Below, in pieces: positions 31,507-40,934 of a stretch of 64,000 nucleotides of DNA (its first letter is position 1; the number at the start of each line of letters is the position of its first letter). The notes below the pieces were generated by a model. It did no database searches, was not told the origin of the DNA, and worked only from the letters and a program-made list of their open reading frames with translations. Made by a program: the position numbers and the translations under genes. Origin of the DNA: Minisyncoccota bacterium (GTDB lineage: Bacteria > Patescibacteriota > Minisyncoccia > Phycocordibacterales > UBA918); assembly GCA_021734905.1 (NCBI GenBank), contig JAIPIB010000003.1, forward strand, positions 1,334-65,333. Reading direction: 5' to 3'.

Positions 31507-31577
31507 TGCCCGATCGTCTAATGGTAGGACACATGGTTTTGGTCCATGGAATCGAGGTTCGAGCCCTTGTCGGGCAG
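31507..31577 (+). tRNA. tRNA-Gln (anticodon TTG)
   Basis: cloverleaf folded by hand: acceptor TGCCCGA/TCGGGCA with U1-A72 (typical of bacterial tRNA-Gln), anticodon stem CATGG/CCATG, loop TTTTGGT, T-arm CGAGG-TTCGAGC-CCTTG; no encoded CCA. Confidence 0.85.
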
Positions 31578-31585
31578 CAGTTAGT

Positions 31586-31651
31586 AAAAATCCGCAACAA
31601 GCGGATTTTTGCGTTACTGCTGCAACGACAGAACAGTCTGGGAGACTGTTC
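31586..31651 (+). terminator. two consecutive perfect stem-loops after tRNA-Gln
   Basis: AAAAATCCGC-AACAA-GCGGATTTTT (31586-31610) and GAACAGTCT-GGG-AGACTGTTC (31631-31651). Confidence 0.6.
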
Positions 31652-31840
31652 GAAAGGGCTCGAAGACCTTGCCAGATATTTTATGACGTAAGGAAATAAA
31701 ATATCGACAAGATATACTACCTATGTAATGGGAGAGACCTTTTGTCAGGCAGCAATGCATAGAAATTACGAAATTTCTGTTTCATACTCACAACTCTGTA
31801 CGATGTAGGCTTCTTCATCTTATTAATTTGATATACTTTT

Positions 31841-32467
31841 ATGATGAAATTATTTAAACAGTTTTCACTATCAAATTTAAGTCTTACGGTTCGATTTCTT
31901 ACTGTATCTGATGCAGTTCTTTCAGTTGGTCTCGGACTCTTCGGTCCTATTTTTGCTATCTATATCACTCAACAAATTGAAACCGAAAATATATTAGGTG
32001 TCATTGGTATAGGAACTTCAATATATCTTTTTATGCGGAGTATTGGTCAAATGCCGCTAGCGATAATTATTGATAAAATCAAAGGCGAAAAAGATGATTT
32101 TTACGTTCTTTTAACTGGAAGCATTATTTTTATCATTGTGCCTATACTGTACATATTTATTTCTGAAGTATGGCATCTTTTTGCTATACAATTTATTTAC
32201 GGACTAGGAGCAGCGTTAGTATCACCAACATGGCTTGCGATATTTACGCGACATATCGACAAAGGAAAAGAAGGTCTTGAATGGGGTATATATCAAACCA
32301 CTGTCGATATGTCAGGAGCAATTGCTGCGCCAATAGGTGGTTTCATTGCATCATTGTACGGGTTTACAGCTGTTATGATTTCTGCGTCTATAATTGCAAC
32401 AATCAGTAGTATATTTATTTTTGCAATACGAGACGATCTGCGCTTAAAAAATAAACCAAATAAATAA
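31841..32467 (+). CDS. 6-TM membrane protein resembling the C-terminal half of an MFS transporter (half-size or truncated)
   Basis: 208 aa, six hydrophobic helices, MFS-like loop GQMPLAIIIDKIKGEKDD; no N-terminal six-helix half. Confidence 0.5.
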   Translation: MMKLFKQFSLSNLSLTVRFLTVSDAVLSVGLGLFGPIFAIYITQQIETENILGVIGIGTSIYLFMRSIGQMPLAIIIDKIKGEKDDFYVLLTGSIIFIIVPILYIFISEVWHLFAIQFIYGLGAALVSPTWLAIFTRHIDKGKEGLEWGIYQTTVDMSGAIAAPIGGFIASLYGFTAVMISASIIATISSIFIFAIRDDLRLKNKPNK

Positions 32468-32525
32468 TCAGATCTGTGTCTAATACTATTGTAGTAGGAC
32501 GAGAATCTTACTACGTATCTTAATT

Positions 32526-33251
32526 ATGAACCCAAAATTACTGCCAATTACTGCAATTACAAAAAAGGATATCCTAATTCTGGAAGACGCCTCGGCACCA
32601 TTAGTAATTAGTCTTCCTGTACACGACATAATTGATGCAACATGGGTTCGTCTTACGTCAGAAAATAAAAATTTATATGAGGCACCACTGGTACGCTTTA
32701 TAGATTTTGTGGAAGATGATTATGAAATCCGTTTACGCACAGCAACCGACATAACCTACAAACATGTAGTTGGTCTTCGTAATACAGTTGATTTTTTAGA
32801 TAAAATTCCAAAAGAACAACTCTTTCAAGCTCTAACGGCTATTGCTATAGTAAAAACTAGTGATAATTTCACTATACTTGTAGAACGGGATACTGGTGAC
32901 TGGCCACACTCACTTGAACTTCCAGGTACATTCATTCGAACACATATTTACGAAAAAGGTCTTTACGAATCAACGTTGGATTTTTTACACGGTGACCTTG
33001 GAATTGCAAAAATGGACATCAAAAATCATTCTTTGATTGGAATTCTTGATTACATTTCAATTTGCGAAATGATGCTTGTGTATCAAATCAATCTATCCAT
33101 ATCTTTTAATGAACTCACTAAACTGTCACCAAAAAACATCTTTTCCTTACCAAAAGGTTACACCACCGAGAAGCATCTGAGCTTCTTTGAACTCCCTCTG
33201 CATGTACCTACACAGACAGTGCTCAATACTAACTTTAACCACCAATTTTAA
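32526..33251 (+). CDS. hypothetical protein
   Basis: 241-aa ORF, no confident motif. Confidence 0.4.
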   Translation: MNPKLLPITAITKKDILILEDASAPLVISLPVHDIIDATWVRLTSENKNLYEAPLVRFIDFVEDDYEIRLRTATDITYKHVVGLRNTVDFLDKIPKEQLFQALTAIAIVKTSDNFTILVERDTGDWPHSLELPGTFIRTHIYEKGLYESTLDFLHGDLGIAKMDIKNHSLIGILDYISICEMMLVYQINLSISFNELTKLSPKNIFSLPKGYTTEKHLSFFELPLHVPTQTVLNTNFNHQF

Positions 33252-33276
33252 TACTTCCGCGTATTTATTGCCTCCT

Positions 33277-33402
33277 ACAGGTCCGACCTGTTTAGTGTCC
33301 ACAGTCTGCGTAAAACTTTAGTTTTTTACTAAGGTCTGACCTTTGTAGTGACCAATTCTAAATTTTTAGAATACTTATCTAGTTTCCACAGGTCCGACCT
33401 GT
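33277..33402. promoter_or_regulatory. cluster of operator-like inverted repeats upstream of the HD-domain gene
   Basis: ACAGGTCCGACCTGT at 33277-33291 and again (as CACAGGTCCGACCTGTG) at 33387-33403; related AAGGTCTGACCTT at 33331-33343; TTCTAAATTTTTAGAA palindrome at ~33355-33371. Confidence 0.55.
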
Positions 33403-33446
33403 GCAGGATTCTCTAATATCTCGCTGTTTGTTGCCGTTGATATACT

Positions 33447-33478
33447 TAAAGTTCAAAATAGTCTCTCAAGTGCTATAA
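33447..33478 (+). promoter_or_regulatory. sigma70-like promoter with extended -10 (TGcTATAAT) for the 33509 gene
   Basis: TTCAAA-N16/17-TGCTATAAT about 30 nt upstream of the ATG; followed by a TACTGTA direct repeat. Confidence 0.5.
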
Positions 33479-33508
33479 TTACTGTATTACTGTAGTAACA
33501 TATGGTCT

Positions 33509-34252
33509 ATGTTCCGAGAATCACTAAAATTAGTTAAGAATGAGAAGGAAGAAAAAAATGAGCTTGCAGCACTTATGGAAAGGCGTGAGGTTCTTTTTCA
33601 TGAACTACTCCAACTGCCTGCGGTAAAGGAAGCATCTCTGCTCTTAGATAAATTACCTAAGCTTGTATATCACACAAAAGAACACACTTTCGGTGAAGAT
33701 GGTGTCATTGCTGAAACAATTCTCTTCGGTCTCGCTGACAACATTTCACGCGGAGCACTAGAGCAACAAGTTATCGCAGCTGCATGGCACGATGTTGGAT
33801 ACCTTGAGCAATACACAAACAATGAACCTGTTGCAATAAAACTTTTCACAGAAAGTGAGGCCTACAAGCAACTTGGTCCAGACATTCGCGATGAAATTGC
33901 TGCAAATATTGCAGATACAGCAATGGTCTTTAAGGATACTGGACCACACCTGCACATGTCACACAGCACCCTTGGATACATGATGGATGCAGATGTAAGT
34001 AATTTTGGAAGAACTGATTTTGAAGAGTGTAAGAAAAAAATAGCTCTTGAGACTGGCGTTGATCTTAGTGACCCAGCGCAGGAAGAAAAAATGGACAGAT
34101 TTGTTATTAACTTACTTGAGAACCACACATGGCACACCGAAGGTGCTCGAAAACTACGTGAAGAACAGAAACAAAAAAATCTTACATCTTTACGTTCTAA
34201 GTATCCAGATCTTAAGTCTGGATATGAAATCAAAGAAAGAAAAGCCGCGTAA
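33509..34252 (+). CDS. HD-domain phosphohydrolase
   Basis: H...H...HD arrangement (YHTKEHTFGEDG...AAAWHDVGY). Confidence 0.55.
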   Translation: MFRESLKLVKNEKEEKNELAALMERREVLFHELLQLPAVKEASLLLDKLPKLVYHTKEHTFGEDGVIAETILFGLADNISRGALEQQVIAAAWHDVGYLEQYTNNEPVAIKLFTESEAYKQLGPDIRDEIAANIADTAMVFKDTGPHLHMSHSTLGYMMDADVSNFGRTDFEECKKKIALETGVDLSDPAQEEKMDRFVINLLENHTWHTEGARKLREEQKQKNLTSLRSKYPDLKSGYEIKERKAA

Positions 34253-34356
34253 TCTTGATTTGAAAACACCAGCACCCAATCACAACAAAGAATACTCTCT
34301 TTGATGTTTGGTAAAGTTATCTTTACACACACATAAACACGCTATAGAATGCAAAT

Positions 34357-34569
34357 ATGCAAGAAAGTATACAAAATGAGGTGTCTCAATATCGAGCAAA
34401 CTTAAACGTAACGCAAGAAGAACTTGCGTGCGCTGTTGGGGTAAGTCGACAAACCATCATTGCGCTCGAGAAAGGTAATTATACGCCATCAATTCTTCTT
34501 GCACTTAAAATTTCACATTTTTTTAATATCCCAATCGAAACTTTATTTTCAATATCATATGAAAAATAA
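34357..34569 (+). CDS. XRE-family (Cro/C1-type) HTH transcriptional regulator
   Basis: 70 aa; [30 protein letters not shown] helix-turn-helix. Confidence 0.8.
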   Translation: MQESIQNEVSQYRANLNVTQEELACAVGVSRQTIIALEKGNYTPSILLALKISHFFNIPIETLFSISYEK

Positions 34570-34921
34570 TTTACTTGAGATACTCACCACACTTTGTTTG
34601 ATCATTATTGCTATATTGCTTCTTAATCCTTTTGATTTTTGGATGCCTGACATGATGGTACTAGGAATGCTTGCCGGAGCACTCGTCCTTTTTGGTATCT
34701 TCGCAAGCTTCATTCTTCGTGAAAAAACTATCGATGAACGTGACGCAATGCATGAGACACTCGCTGGAAGAAATGCTTTTCTTGCTGGTTCAACAGTTCT
34801 TATACTAGGTACAGTAGTTCAAGGATATACACACTCAGTCGATCCTTGGCTCGTTATTGCACTTATTACCATGATTGTTGCAAAATTCATGTCAAGAATG
34901 TGGAGTGATACAAACCTGTAA
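34558..34921 (+). CDS. small membrane protein translationally coupled to the XRE regulator
   Basis: ATG at 34558 overlaps the XRE stop by 12 nt; 121 aa, 3-4 TM helices; XRE + small membrane protein pairs are common. Confidence 0.5.
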
Positions 34922-34936
34922 CTCAACTATCCCCAA

Positions 34937-36613
34937 TTGAAATGTAAAGTTAACTTTACATTTCAAACTATCCAAACTATACTGGCATACATGCATGTAT
35001 ACAAAAAAATCTTTTTGATAAGTACTCTTATATTATTACTTGGGTTTTGCTACTACATTTTTTCGCCTTTATTTATAAAAATATCTATTAATGATGTTTT
35101 GCCTGTTGAACGGACCACGAGCTCCACTGACACTGCAATAATCCCTGACGTTACACGATACCCGATTACTGGAACATCTGGACATCCAGCACAAGGAACT
35201 GTTCAGCTTATTACTACTGATACGGAAAGGGTTATCCGCTATGAAGATTTTAAAACAATCAATGGACCTGATTTATTTGTCTATCTTAGTAAAGATATTG
35301 ATGGAAAGGAATTTATTAATCTAGGAGAAATTAAGGGAACTGAAGGCAACATTAACTATCTTATCCCTTCTGATGTTGACCTAGCAACATACCACTACGT
35401 TCTAACCTGGTGCAAACAATTTGGCGTCCTCTTTAACTACGCAGATATTATGTCTAACTCATCATCAACAGAAATTACGCAAACAACTTCAACCGACAAC
35501 ACTTCTACACAAACTTCGAGTGAAGTATCACCTTCAATTACGGTGCCCCCAGCTGCACCTGTTATAAAAAAGACAGCTCTTCTTGCGAACGGATGCTTCT
35601 GGTGTGTTGAAAATGACCTAAAAAAAGTCACTGGTGTCATTGATGTAATTTCTGGGTATGCAGGGGGCAACACTGAATCGCCGACATATAAAAATTATAC
35701 AGAAGGCGGACATCGTGAAGTTGTACTTGTTACTTATAACGCCTCAGAAATTACCTTCGCAAATTTAGTTGAACACATAATTAAGCATGGCGACCCAACA
35801 GATTCTCAAGGATCATTTAATGATAGAGGGGAGGAATATGCTCCTGCAATTTACTACGAGAATAGTACTGAAAAAGCAGAGGCCGAACGTGTTATTCAAG
35901 CAATTGATATGCTCGGGATTTTTAATAATCCACTCCCCCTTCCTGTATTACCACGAGCAATCTTTTGGCCAGCAGAGGATTACCATCAAGATTATGCAAC
36001 GAAGAACCCTATCAGATATACCTATTATAGAAGTGCTTCAGGCAGAGATAGTTTTATTAAAAAATACTGGAGCGGTTCAGAAAATACATTTGTCGTACCG
36101 AAGCTTGAAGTTGAGTCTGGTGCAATATTACCCAGTGATGTCATTTCGAAAGAAGAATCTTGGACACAATTTTTAAAACCTTCAAATGACATTCTCCAGT
36201 CACTTCTTACTCCACTTCAATATAAAGTGACTCAAAAAGACGGAACTGAAAGCCCTTACACAAATATCTACGACAAACTTTATGATGATGGAGTTTATGT
36301 AGATATTGTTTCTGGTGAGCCTCTCTACCTATCAAAAGACAAGTACGATTCTGGAACTGGATGGCCTTCCTTTGTTAAACCCATTTCTCTAGAGGCGGTA
36401 ACACTCAAGGAAGATAACGGTTTGTTCTCGAAAAGAACTGAGGTTCGATCAAAATATGCTGACTCACACCTTGGACACGTCTTTGACGATGGGCCTGCTG
36501 ATCGTGGTGGAAAGCGCTACTGTATGAACTCAGCAGCATTACGATTTATACCTCGCGATATGATGGAACAAGAAGGCTATGCTTATATCTTTCCACTTAT
36601 GGATACCGAATAA
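34937..36613 (+). CDS. msrAB: membrane-anchored DM13 domain + peptide-methionine sulfoxide reductase MsrA + MsrB tri-domain protein
   Basis: N-terminal TM; DM13 block (GHPAQGTVQLI...FKTINGPDLFVYLS...YHYVLTWCKQFGVLF); MsrA GCFWCVE active site; MsrB RYCMNSAALRF/HLGHVFDDGP motifs. Confidence 0.85.
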   Translation: MKCKVNFTFQTIQTILAYMHVYKKIFLISTLILLLGFCYYIFSPLFIKISINDVLPVERTTSSTDTAIIPDVTRYPITGTSGHPAQGTVQLITTDTERVIRYEDFKTINGPDLFVYLSKDIDGKEFINLGEIKGTEGNINYLIPSDVDLATYHYVLTWCKQFGVLFNYADIMSNSSSTEITQTTSTDNTSTQTSSEVSPSITVPPAAPVIKKTALLANGCFWCVENDLKKVTGVIDVISGYAGGNTESPTYKNYTEGGHREVVLVTYNASEITFANLVEHIIKHGDPTDSQGSFNDRGEEYAPAIYYENSTEKAEAERVIQAIDMLGIFNNPLPLPVLPRAIFWPAEDYHQDYATKNPIRYTYYRSASGRDSFIKKYWSGSENTFVVPKLEVESGAILPSDVISKEESWTQFLKPSNDILQSLLTPLQYKVTQKDGTESPYTNIYDKLYDDGVYVDIVSGEPLYLSKDKYDSGTGWPSFVKPISLEAVTLKEDNGLFSKRTEVRSKYADSHLGHVFDDGPADRGGKRYCMNSAALRFIPRDMMEQEGYAYIFPLMDTE

Positions 36614-36627
36614 TATATAATTCTTAT

Positions 36628-36999
36628 ATGAGTAAAATACTTGAGTTACTAAAAATAACAGGAATACCAGTTGTACTCGCATCACTGTGTTGCCTATCCC
36701 CTATTATTCTCGTTCTTTTAGGTGTTTCAACAGTGAGCTTCGCATCTTCGCTTTCTGATACATTTTATGGTGATTATAAATGGGCCTTTAGACTCGTTGG
36801 CCTTCTAGCATTACTTCTATCTCTTGCCTATTATCTCCGTCGTAAAAAAGGAATTTGTACCATAGACGACGTTAAACGAAGACGCAATGAAGTTATAAAT
36901 TACCTCGCGCTAACTGTCGTGGGAGGTGTCCTTGGATATATCTTTTTTCTCTATGTCGTTGTTCACTATACAGGCGTCTGGCTTACACTTTGGAAGTGA
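36628..36999 (+). CDS. small 3-TM membrane protein with MerT-like CC motif in TM1
   Basis: LASLCCLSPIILVLLG resembles the MerT TM1 motif (ASACCLGPLVL); additional Cys in the loop (KKGICT). Confidence 0.5.
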   Translation: MSKILELLKITGIPVVLASLCCLSPIILVLLGVSTVSFASSLSDTFYGDYKWAFRLVGLLALLLSLAYYLRRKKGICTIDDVKRRRNEVINYLALTVVGGVLGYIFFLYVVVHYTGVWLTLWK

Positions 37000-37040
37000 T
37001 CAAGTATTCAAATAGTTAAACTGATGTCTCGTGTCTGTAA

Positions 37041-37463
37041 CTATTTCCAAAAGACAGTTACAAAAACTCCAAGTGTTACAAGCATCCCTCCAACCACATT
37101 TCCCATAGTCGGTTTTTCAGCAAGGAAGACAAATGCCAAGACTATTGTGAGTGCAATACTTATCTTATCAATTGGGGCGACTCGCGAAACTTCTCCGAGC
37201 TGTAACGCTTTGTAGTAGAAAAGCCATGAGACTCCTGTTGCAAGTGCAGAAAGAAAAATGAAAATATAGGAGTATCTTGATATTTTAAACATATCTGAGG
37301 CATTGCCCTGAATAAAAACAATCGTCCATGCGAAAAACACAATGACAATAGTTCTGAGTGCAACGGCAAGATTACTATCGACGCCCTTAATGCCAATTTT
37401 TCCAAAAATAGCAACGAGAGAAGCGAAGAACGCAGACAGGAGTGCATAAATTGCCCAGTTCAT
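37041..37463 (-). CDS. EamA-like (DMT superfamily) 4-TM small membrane protein
   Basis: 140 aa; YKALQLGEVSRVAPIDKISIALTIVLAFVFL EamA signature. Confidence 0.6.
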   Translation of the reverse strand: MNWAIYALLSAFFASLVAIFGKIGIKGVDSNLAVALRTIVIVFFAWTIVFIQGNASDMFKISRYSYIFIFLSALATGVSWLFYYKALQLGEVSRVAPIDKISIALTIVLAFVFLAEKPTMGNVVGGMLVTLGVFVTVFWK

Positions 37464-37478
37464 ATACGAATTATTATA

Positions 37479-38123
37479 TCATTCTTGCACTCCTGTCTGC
37501 CTTCTTGCTCTCATATACAATACAAATATTCCGATGAGGACGACGAGAGCGACTGAGATTTCAATGTAAGTTTCGACTTGTGATGATTGTTCAATAAGTA
37601 TCATTAGTGCCTCCAACCCAATATAGCCAGCATAGAGATAGAAACTATCTCTAAAAATTGTTCCTATAAATGTCGATACAACAAATACACGAAGTGGAAT
37701 CTTGAGAAGACCAGCACCAACAGAAAGAAGAACACTTGGAACAAATGGGAGTGCTCTAAAGATTGTGAGTAAAACGTAGTCCTTAAATCCGTTTCCGAGT
37801 TTACTACCAAGGAGATCAACGTCGTTTTGTGTCACATTGAAAAATCGACCAAATTTATTAATAACAAAATCTTCAGATTTGCTCGCAATCGCATAGACGA
37901 CAAGTGCACCAAGAGTCTTCCCACAGGCACCAATAAGAACAAGTGGAACAAGTGCATACAAAGTACGCTCCTGCACTGCAGCAAAAGACCCAAGGACAAC
38001 CATAACAGTTGGAGATGGTATAGGGGCAACAACTTCTTCAACAAATGAAGCAAAGAAAGCAAACGCCTCGAGTGAGAGTGTATGAATAGTCGAAATAAGG
38101 ATTTCTTCCAGATATAAAAACAT
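37479..38123 (-). CDS. DedA/VTT (SNARE-associated) family membrane protein
   Basis: 214 aa; conserved DedA core (GACGKTLGALVVYAI...RALPFVPSVLLSVGAGLLKIP). Confidence 0.75.
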   Translation of the reverse strand: MFLYLEEILISTIHTLSLEAFAFFASFVEEVVAPIPSPTVMVVLGSFAAVQERTLYALVPLVLIGACGKTLGALVVYAIASKSEDFVINKFGRFFNVTQNDVDLLGSKLGNGFKDYVLLTIFRALPFVPSVLLSVGAGLLKIPLRVFVVSTFIGTIFRDSFYLYAGYIGLEALMILIEQSSQVETYIEISVALVVLIGIFVLYMRARRQTGVQE

Positions 38124-38161
38124 AGTGACTCAAGTATATCAACTACGACAGTAAATGTGTA

Positions 38162-39214
38162 TTACTTTCCACTTCCATAATATTCCTTCAATAATTTCAC
38201 ATGACCTTCATACGTTGACGAACAGTGAAATCCGGCCTGTTTATCATGAAAATAAAACATACAATCAGTCTTTCGTGGATTAAGGGCAGCCAAGATTGAG
38301 TCAATTGATGGATTCGCTATAGGAGATGGAGGGAGACCGGAGTTTTTGTAGGTATTATATACTGATGCAATATATTTATCTGAGGGAACAACTTTCGGCC
38401 ACCATGTAGCCACATCTTTACTCCCCTTTGCATACTGGAGCGTTGCATCAATTTGCAAATTCATATCGATAAATAACCTATTCCAGATAACTCCAGAGAT
38501 AAGTCGCATATCAACAAAATCATACGCTTCACGCTCAAGCATAGATGCTATGGTTAATATATCTGCAAGAGGAACCTGTTTCTCAGTATCATCTCCATAT
38601 CGAGAAAATACCTCATCATCAAATCTTTTAATGATCAGTGTTGAAACATCATTCGGTGTTGCACCACGAGCCACTGTGTATGTGCCTGGGAAAAATTTAC
38701 CATCTGGGATTTCTGGAGCTGTATTAATAATTTGATCCAAAAATTCCTGCTTCGATGACGTATCCCATTTTAGAATTTCTGCAAAATGGTCTGCTATTTG
38801 TTCTTTCCGTTCACCTGGCTCTATAACAAGGAGTCTGCTGGAGAGTGAGGCAATATTCTGGTACAACCCCACGAGTGCAAGTTTTCCAAGTGCATGTTCA
38901 ATCCAACCTGTCTTCGACGCAACAATTCCTTCCTTTAACATACGATCTTCAAAATATAACTCTACCAGCGGACTCTCAATAATTTCTTTCCGTATTGGGT
39001 AAACTCCAACTGGAAATTTTTGAGTAAATTTCTGCATTTCATCAAAGGCTATACCTCCAGTATCAGGGATGTATTCTTGTGCCTTTTGCTTCCCTAAAAG
39101 GACAAAAAATACAACACTTACAGCGAATAGAATCAGTACAAGGATACTTAGAAAATATACTGTTTTATATACGATTTTTTTATTTGCACAGGTTTTTAAC
39201 TTAGATAAATGCAT
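38162..39214 (-). CDS. mltG: endolytic murein transglycosylase MltG (YceG family)
   Basis: N-terminal TM, YceG-like domain with NRLFIDMNLQIDATLQYAKG and SPIANPSIDSILAALNP blocks. Confidence 0.75.
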   Translation of the reverse strand: MHLSKLKTCANKKIVYKTVYFLSILVLILFAVSVVFFVLLGKQKAQEYIPDTGGIAFDEMQKFTQKFPVGVYPIRKEIIESPLVELYFEDRMLKEGIVASKTGWIEHALGKLALVGLYQNIASLSSRLLVIEPGERKEQIADHFAEILKWDTSSKQEFLDQIINTAPEIPDGKFFPGTYTVARGATPNDVSTLIIKRFDDEVFSRYGDDTEKQVPLADILTIASMLEREAYDFVDMRLISGVIWNRLFIDMNLQIDATLQYAKGSKDVATWWPKVVPSDKYIASVYNTYKNSGLPPSPIANPSIDSILAALNPRKTDCMFYFHDKQAGFHCSSTYEGHVKLLKEYYGSGK

Positions 39215-39223
39215 ATTCTTTTA

Positions 39224-39859
39224 CTATTTCATATCCATTTCAACAAGCTTCCAACCACACGTGCCACCTTGTGTCTTCCCAACATATTCCAGATGCGCAA
39301 CACCAGCATTTTTCATTCGTTTAACATACAGAAATGTAAACATAAGATCACGGATACTTAGCATCCTGTTGTCACACATATATGAAATCATGAGATTAAT
39401 AAATATTGTATGTGACACAACAATGACCGATTCGTACGTACCTTGCAACGACTCAAGATATCTAAGTGCTTTTTTGGCACGTCCACTTATATCAAACGGA
39501 TTTTCGGCATCCTCATATCTCCACGAAGGATCATTTCTATGAAGTACTGAGAGCACAATATACCAAAATGTACCTGGGCCAAAATGAGATTTTCCAGACA
39601 ATTTTGAAGGTCTCATTATTTCATAAAAAAGATTATCTTGTTTTGCAGACAATCCAACACAAGAGCCGATTATTTTTGCTGATTCAACTGCGCGAGTATA
39701 TTCACTCGTTAGGAGCAAATCTGGATTTACCCCCCTTAAAAGCTCTCCTGTCGTCAGTACAGCTTCCTTTCCACCCTCTGATAATCCGGTATTTGGTGTT
39801 TGATGAATATGTTTTTTATTTAACTCAGTCTCACCATGGCGTACGAAATAAACATGCAT
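39224..39859 (-). CDS. histidine phosphatase family protein (phosphoglycerate-mutase-like)
   Basis: VYFVRHGETELN catalytic RHG motif, second His in C-terminal part. Confidence 0.7.
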   Translation of the reverse strand: MHVYFVRHGETELNKKHIHQTPNTGLSEGGKEAVLTTGELLRGVNPDLLLTSEYTRAVESAKIIGSCVGLSAKQDNLFYEIMRPSKLSGKSHFGPGTFWYIVLSVLHRNDPSWRYEDAENPFDISGRAKKALRYLESLQGTYESVIVVSHTIFINLMISYMCDNRMLSIRDLMFTFLYVKRMKNAGVAHLEYVGKTQGGTCGWKLVEMDMK

Positions 39860-39870
39860 AAAAAATAAAA

Positions 39871-40914
39871 CTACACTAACTCCTTACAATGTTCCACGAG
39901 GAGCAACTCAAGCGGCAACTCAGGTACAGAGCATCTATTGATATAATCGCCCATATCAAGTGCTTTTATCATAAGATGCGAATTAATTGAAGTAACAGAA
40001 TCAGCAGCATACTCAGAGATGAATGCCATATCTTCAACACCATATTGTTCAGTGCATGTCTTCAAGCTCCCTGGATTATGTCGCAATATGATAATACTCC
40101 GGAACCTTTCAAGAAGAAGCGTATAAAAAAGTTTCATATCTGCATGAGCCTCGTGTGCTTTCGCTAACGCTTGAAGGCCTTTTTCGACATCCTTTGTTGC
40201 AAAAGCAGTAAGTACTTCTTGCAATAAAATATTTTTAGGTGCACCAACAACTTGAGACACCTCATCAGTTGTCAAAGATGTATCTGTTGAGGCCATCATC
40301 ACTTTCTGGGTAATTCCGAGAGCATCCCTATATGAACCGTCGGCAGCGAGTGCAATGACGTCAGCAGCGCTCGAATCAAGTGAAAATTTTTCTTTTTTGG
40401 CGACACTCAAGATTACTTCCCGAAGTTCTGCACGGGTAGGGGCACGGAACTCAAAAACCTGACATCGTGATGTAATCGTATCAAGGAGTTTATCTTTTTC
40501 TGTAGTAGCAAGGATGAAAATAACATGTGACGGTGGCTCTTCAAGTGTCTTCAAAAGCGCATTGAACGCTTCTTTAGTAAGCATATGAACCTCATCAATA
40601 ATATATACCTTGTACGGTGATTCATAAGGCAGTGTATGAACTGATTCCTTAAGTTCACGAATATCATCAATACCACGGTTTGATGCAGCGTCTATCTCAT
40701 AGGTATCAACATCATGTGCTCCAACTGCTCTAGCAAAAATTCGAGCAACAGACGTCTTCCCTGTCCCTCGTGATCCAGTAAAAAGCAGTGCATGGGGAAT
40801 CATGCCTTTTTCAAGAGAACCCGCTAAAACATTAACAATATGGTCCTGATTACAGACATCCTCGAATGTCTCGGGCCTGTACTTTCTATACAGTGCGAGT
40901 GAAATATCGGTCAT
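39871..40914 (-). CDS. dnaX: DNA polymerase III subunit gamma/tau (short form, domains I-III)
   Basis: RPETFEDVCNQDHIV...LLFTGSRGTGKTSVARIFA AAA+ clamp-loader motifs, SRC/sensor blocks. Confidence 0.85.
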   Translation of the reverse strand: MTDISLALYRKYRPETFEDVCNQDHIVNVLAGSLEKGMIPHALLFTGSRGTGKTSVARIFARAVGAHDVDTYEIDAASNRGIDDIRELKESVHTLPYESPYKVYIIDEVHMLTKEAFNALLKTLEEPPSHVIFILATTEKDKLLDTITSRCQVFEFRAPTRAELREVILSVAKKEKFSLDSSAADVIALAADGSYRDALGITQKVMMASTDTSLTTDEVSQVVGAPKNILLQEVLTAFATKDVEKGLQALAKAHEAHADMKLFYTLLLERFRSIIILRHNPGSLKTCTEQYGVEDMAFISEYAADSVTSINSHLMIKALDMGDYINRCSVPELPLELLLVEHCKELV

Positions 40915-40934
40915 ACTAACAGTATATCAGAATC

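Noticed and set aside
31506-31691. 61-aa + strand ORF
   Set aside because: Lies entirely over tRNA-Gln and its terminator hairpins; an artefact of the ORF finder.
32526-33251. Possible degenerate Nudix box in the 241-aa hypothetical (LELPGTFIRTHIYEKGLYESTLDFLHGDLG)
   Set aside because: Lacks the REUxEE core of the Nudix signature; similarity too weak to call.
33479-33508. TACTGTA direct repeat as a LexA (SOS) box
   Set aside because: Not an inverted CTGT-N8-ACAG palindrome; no lexA in view and the S24 protein here lacks a DNA-binding domain.
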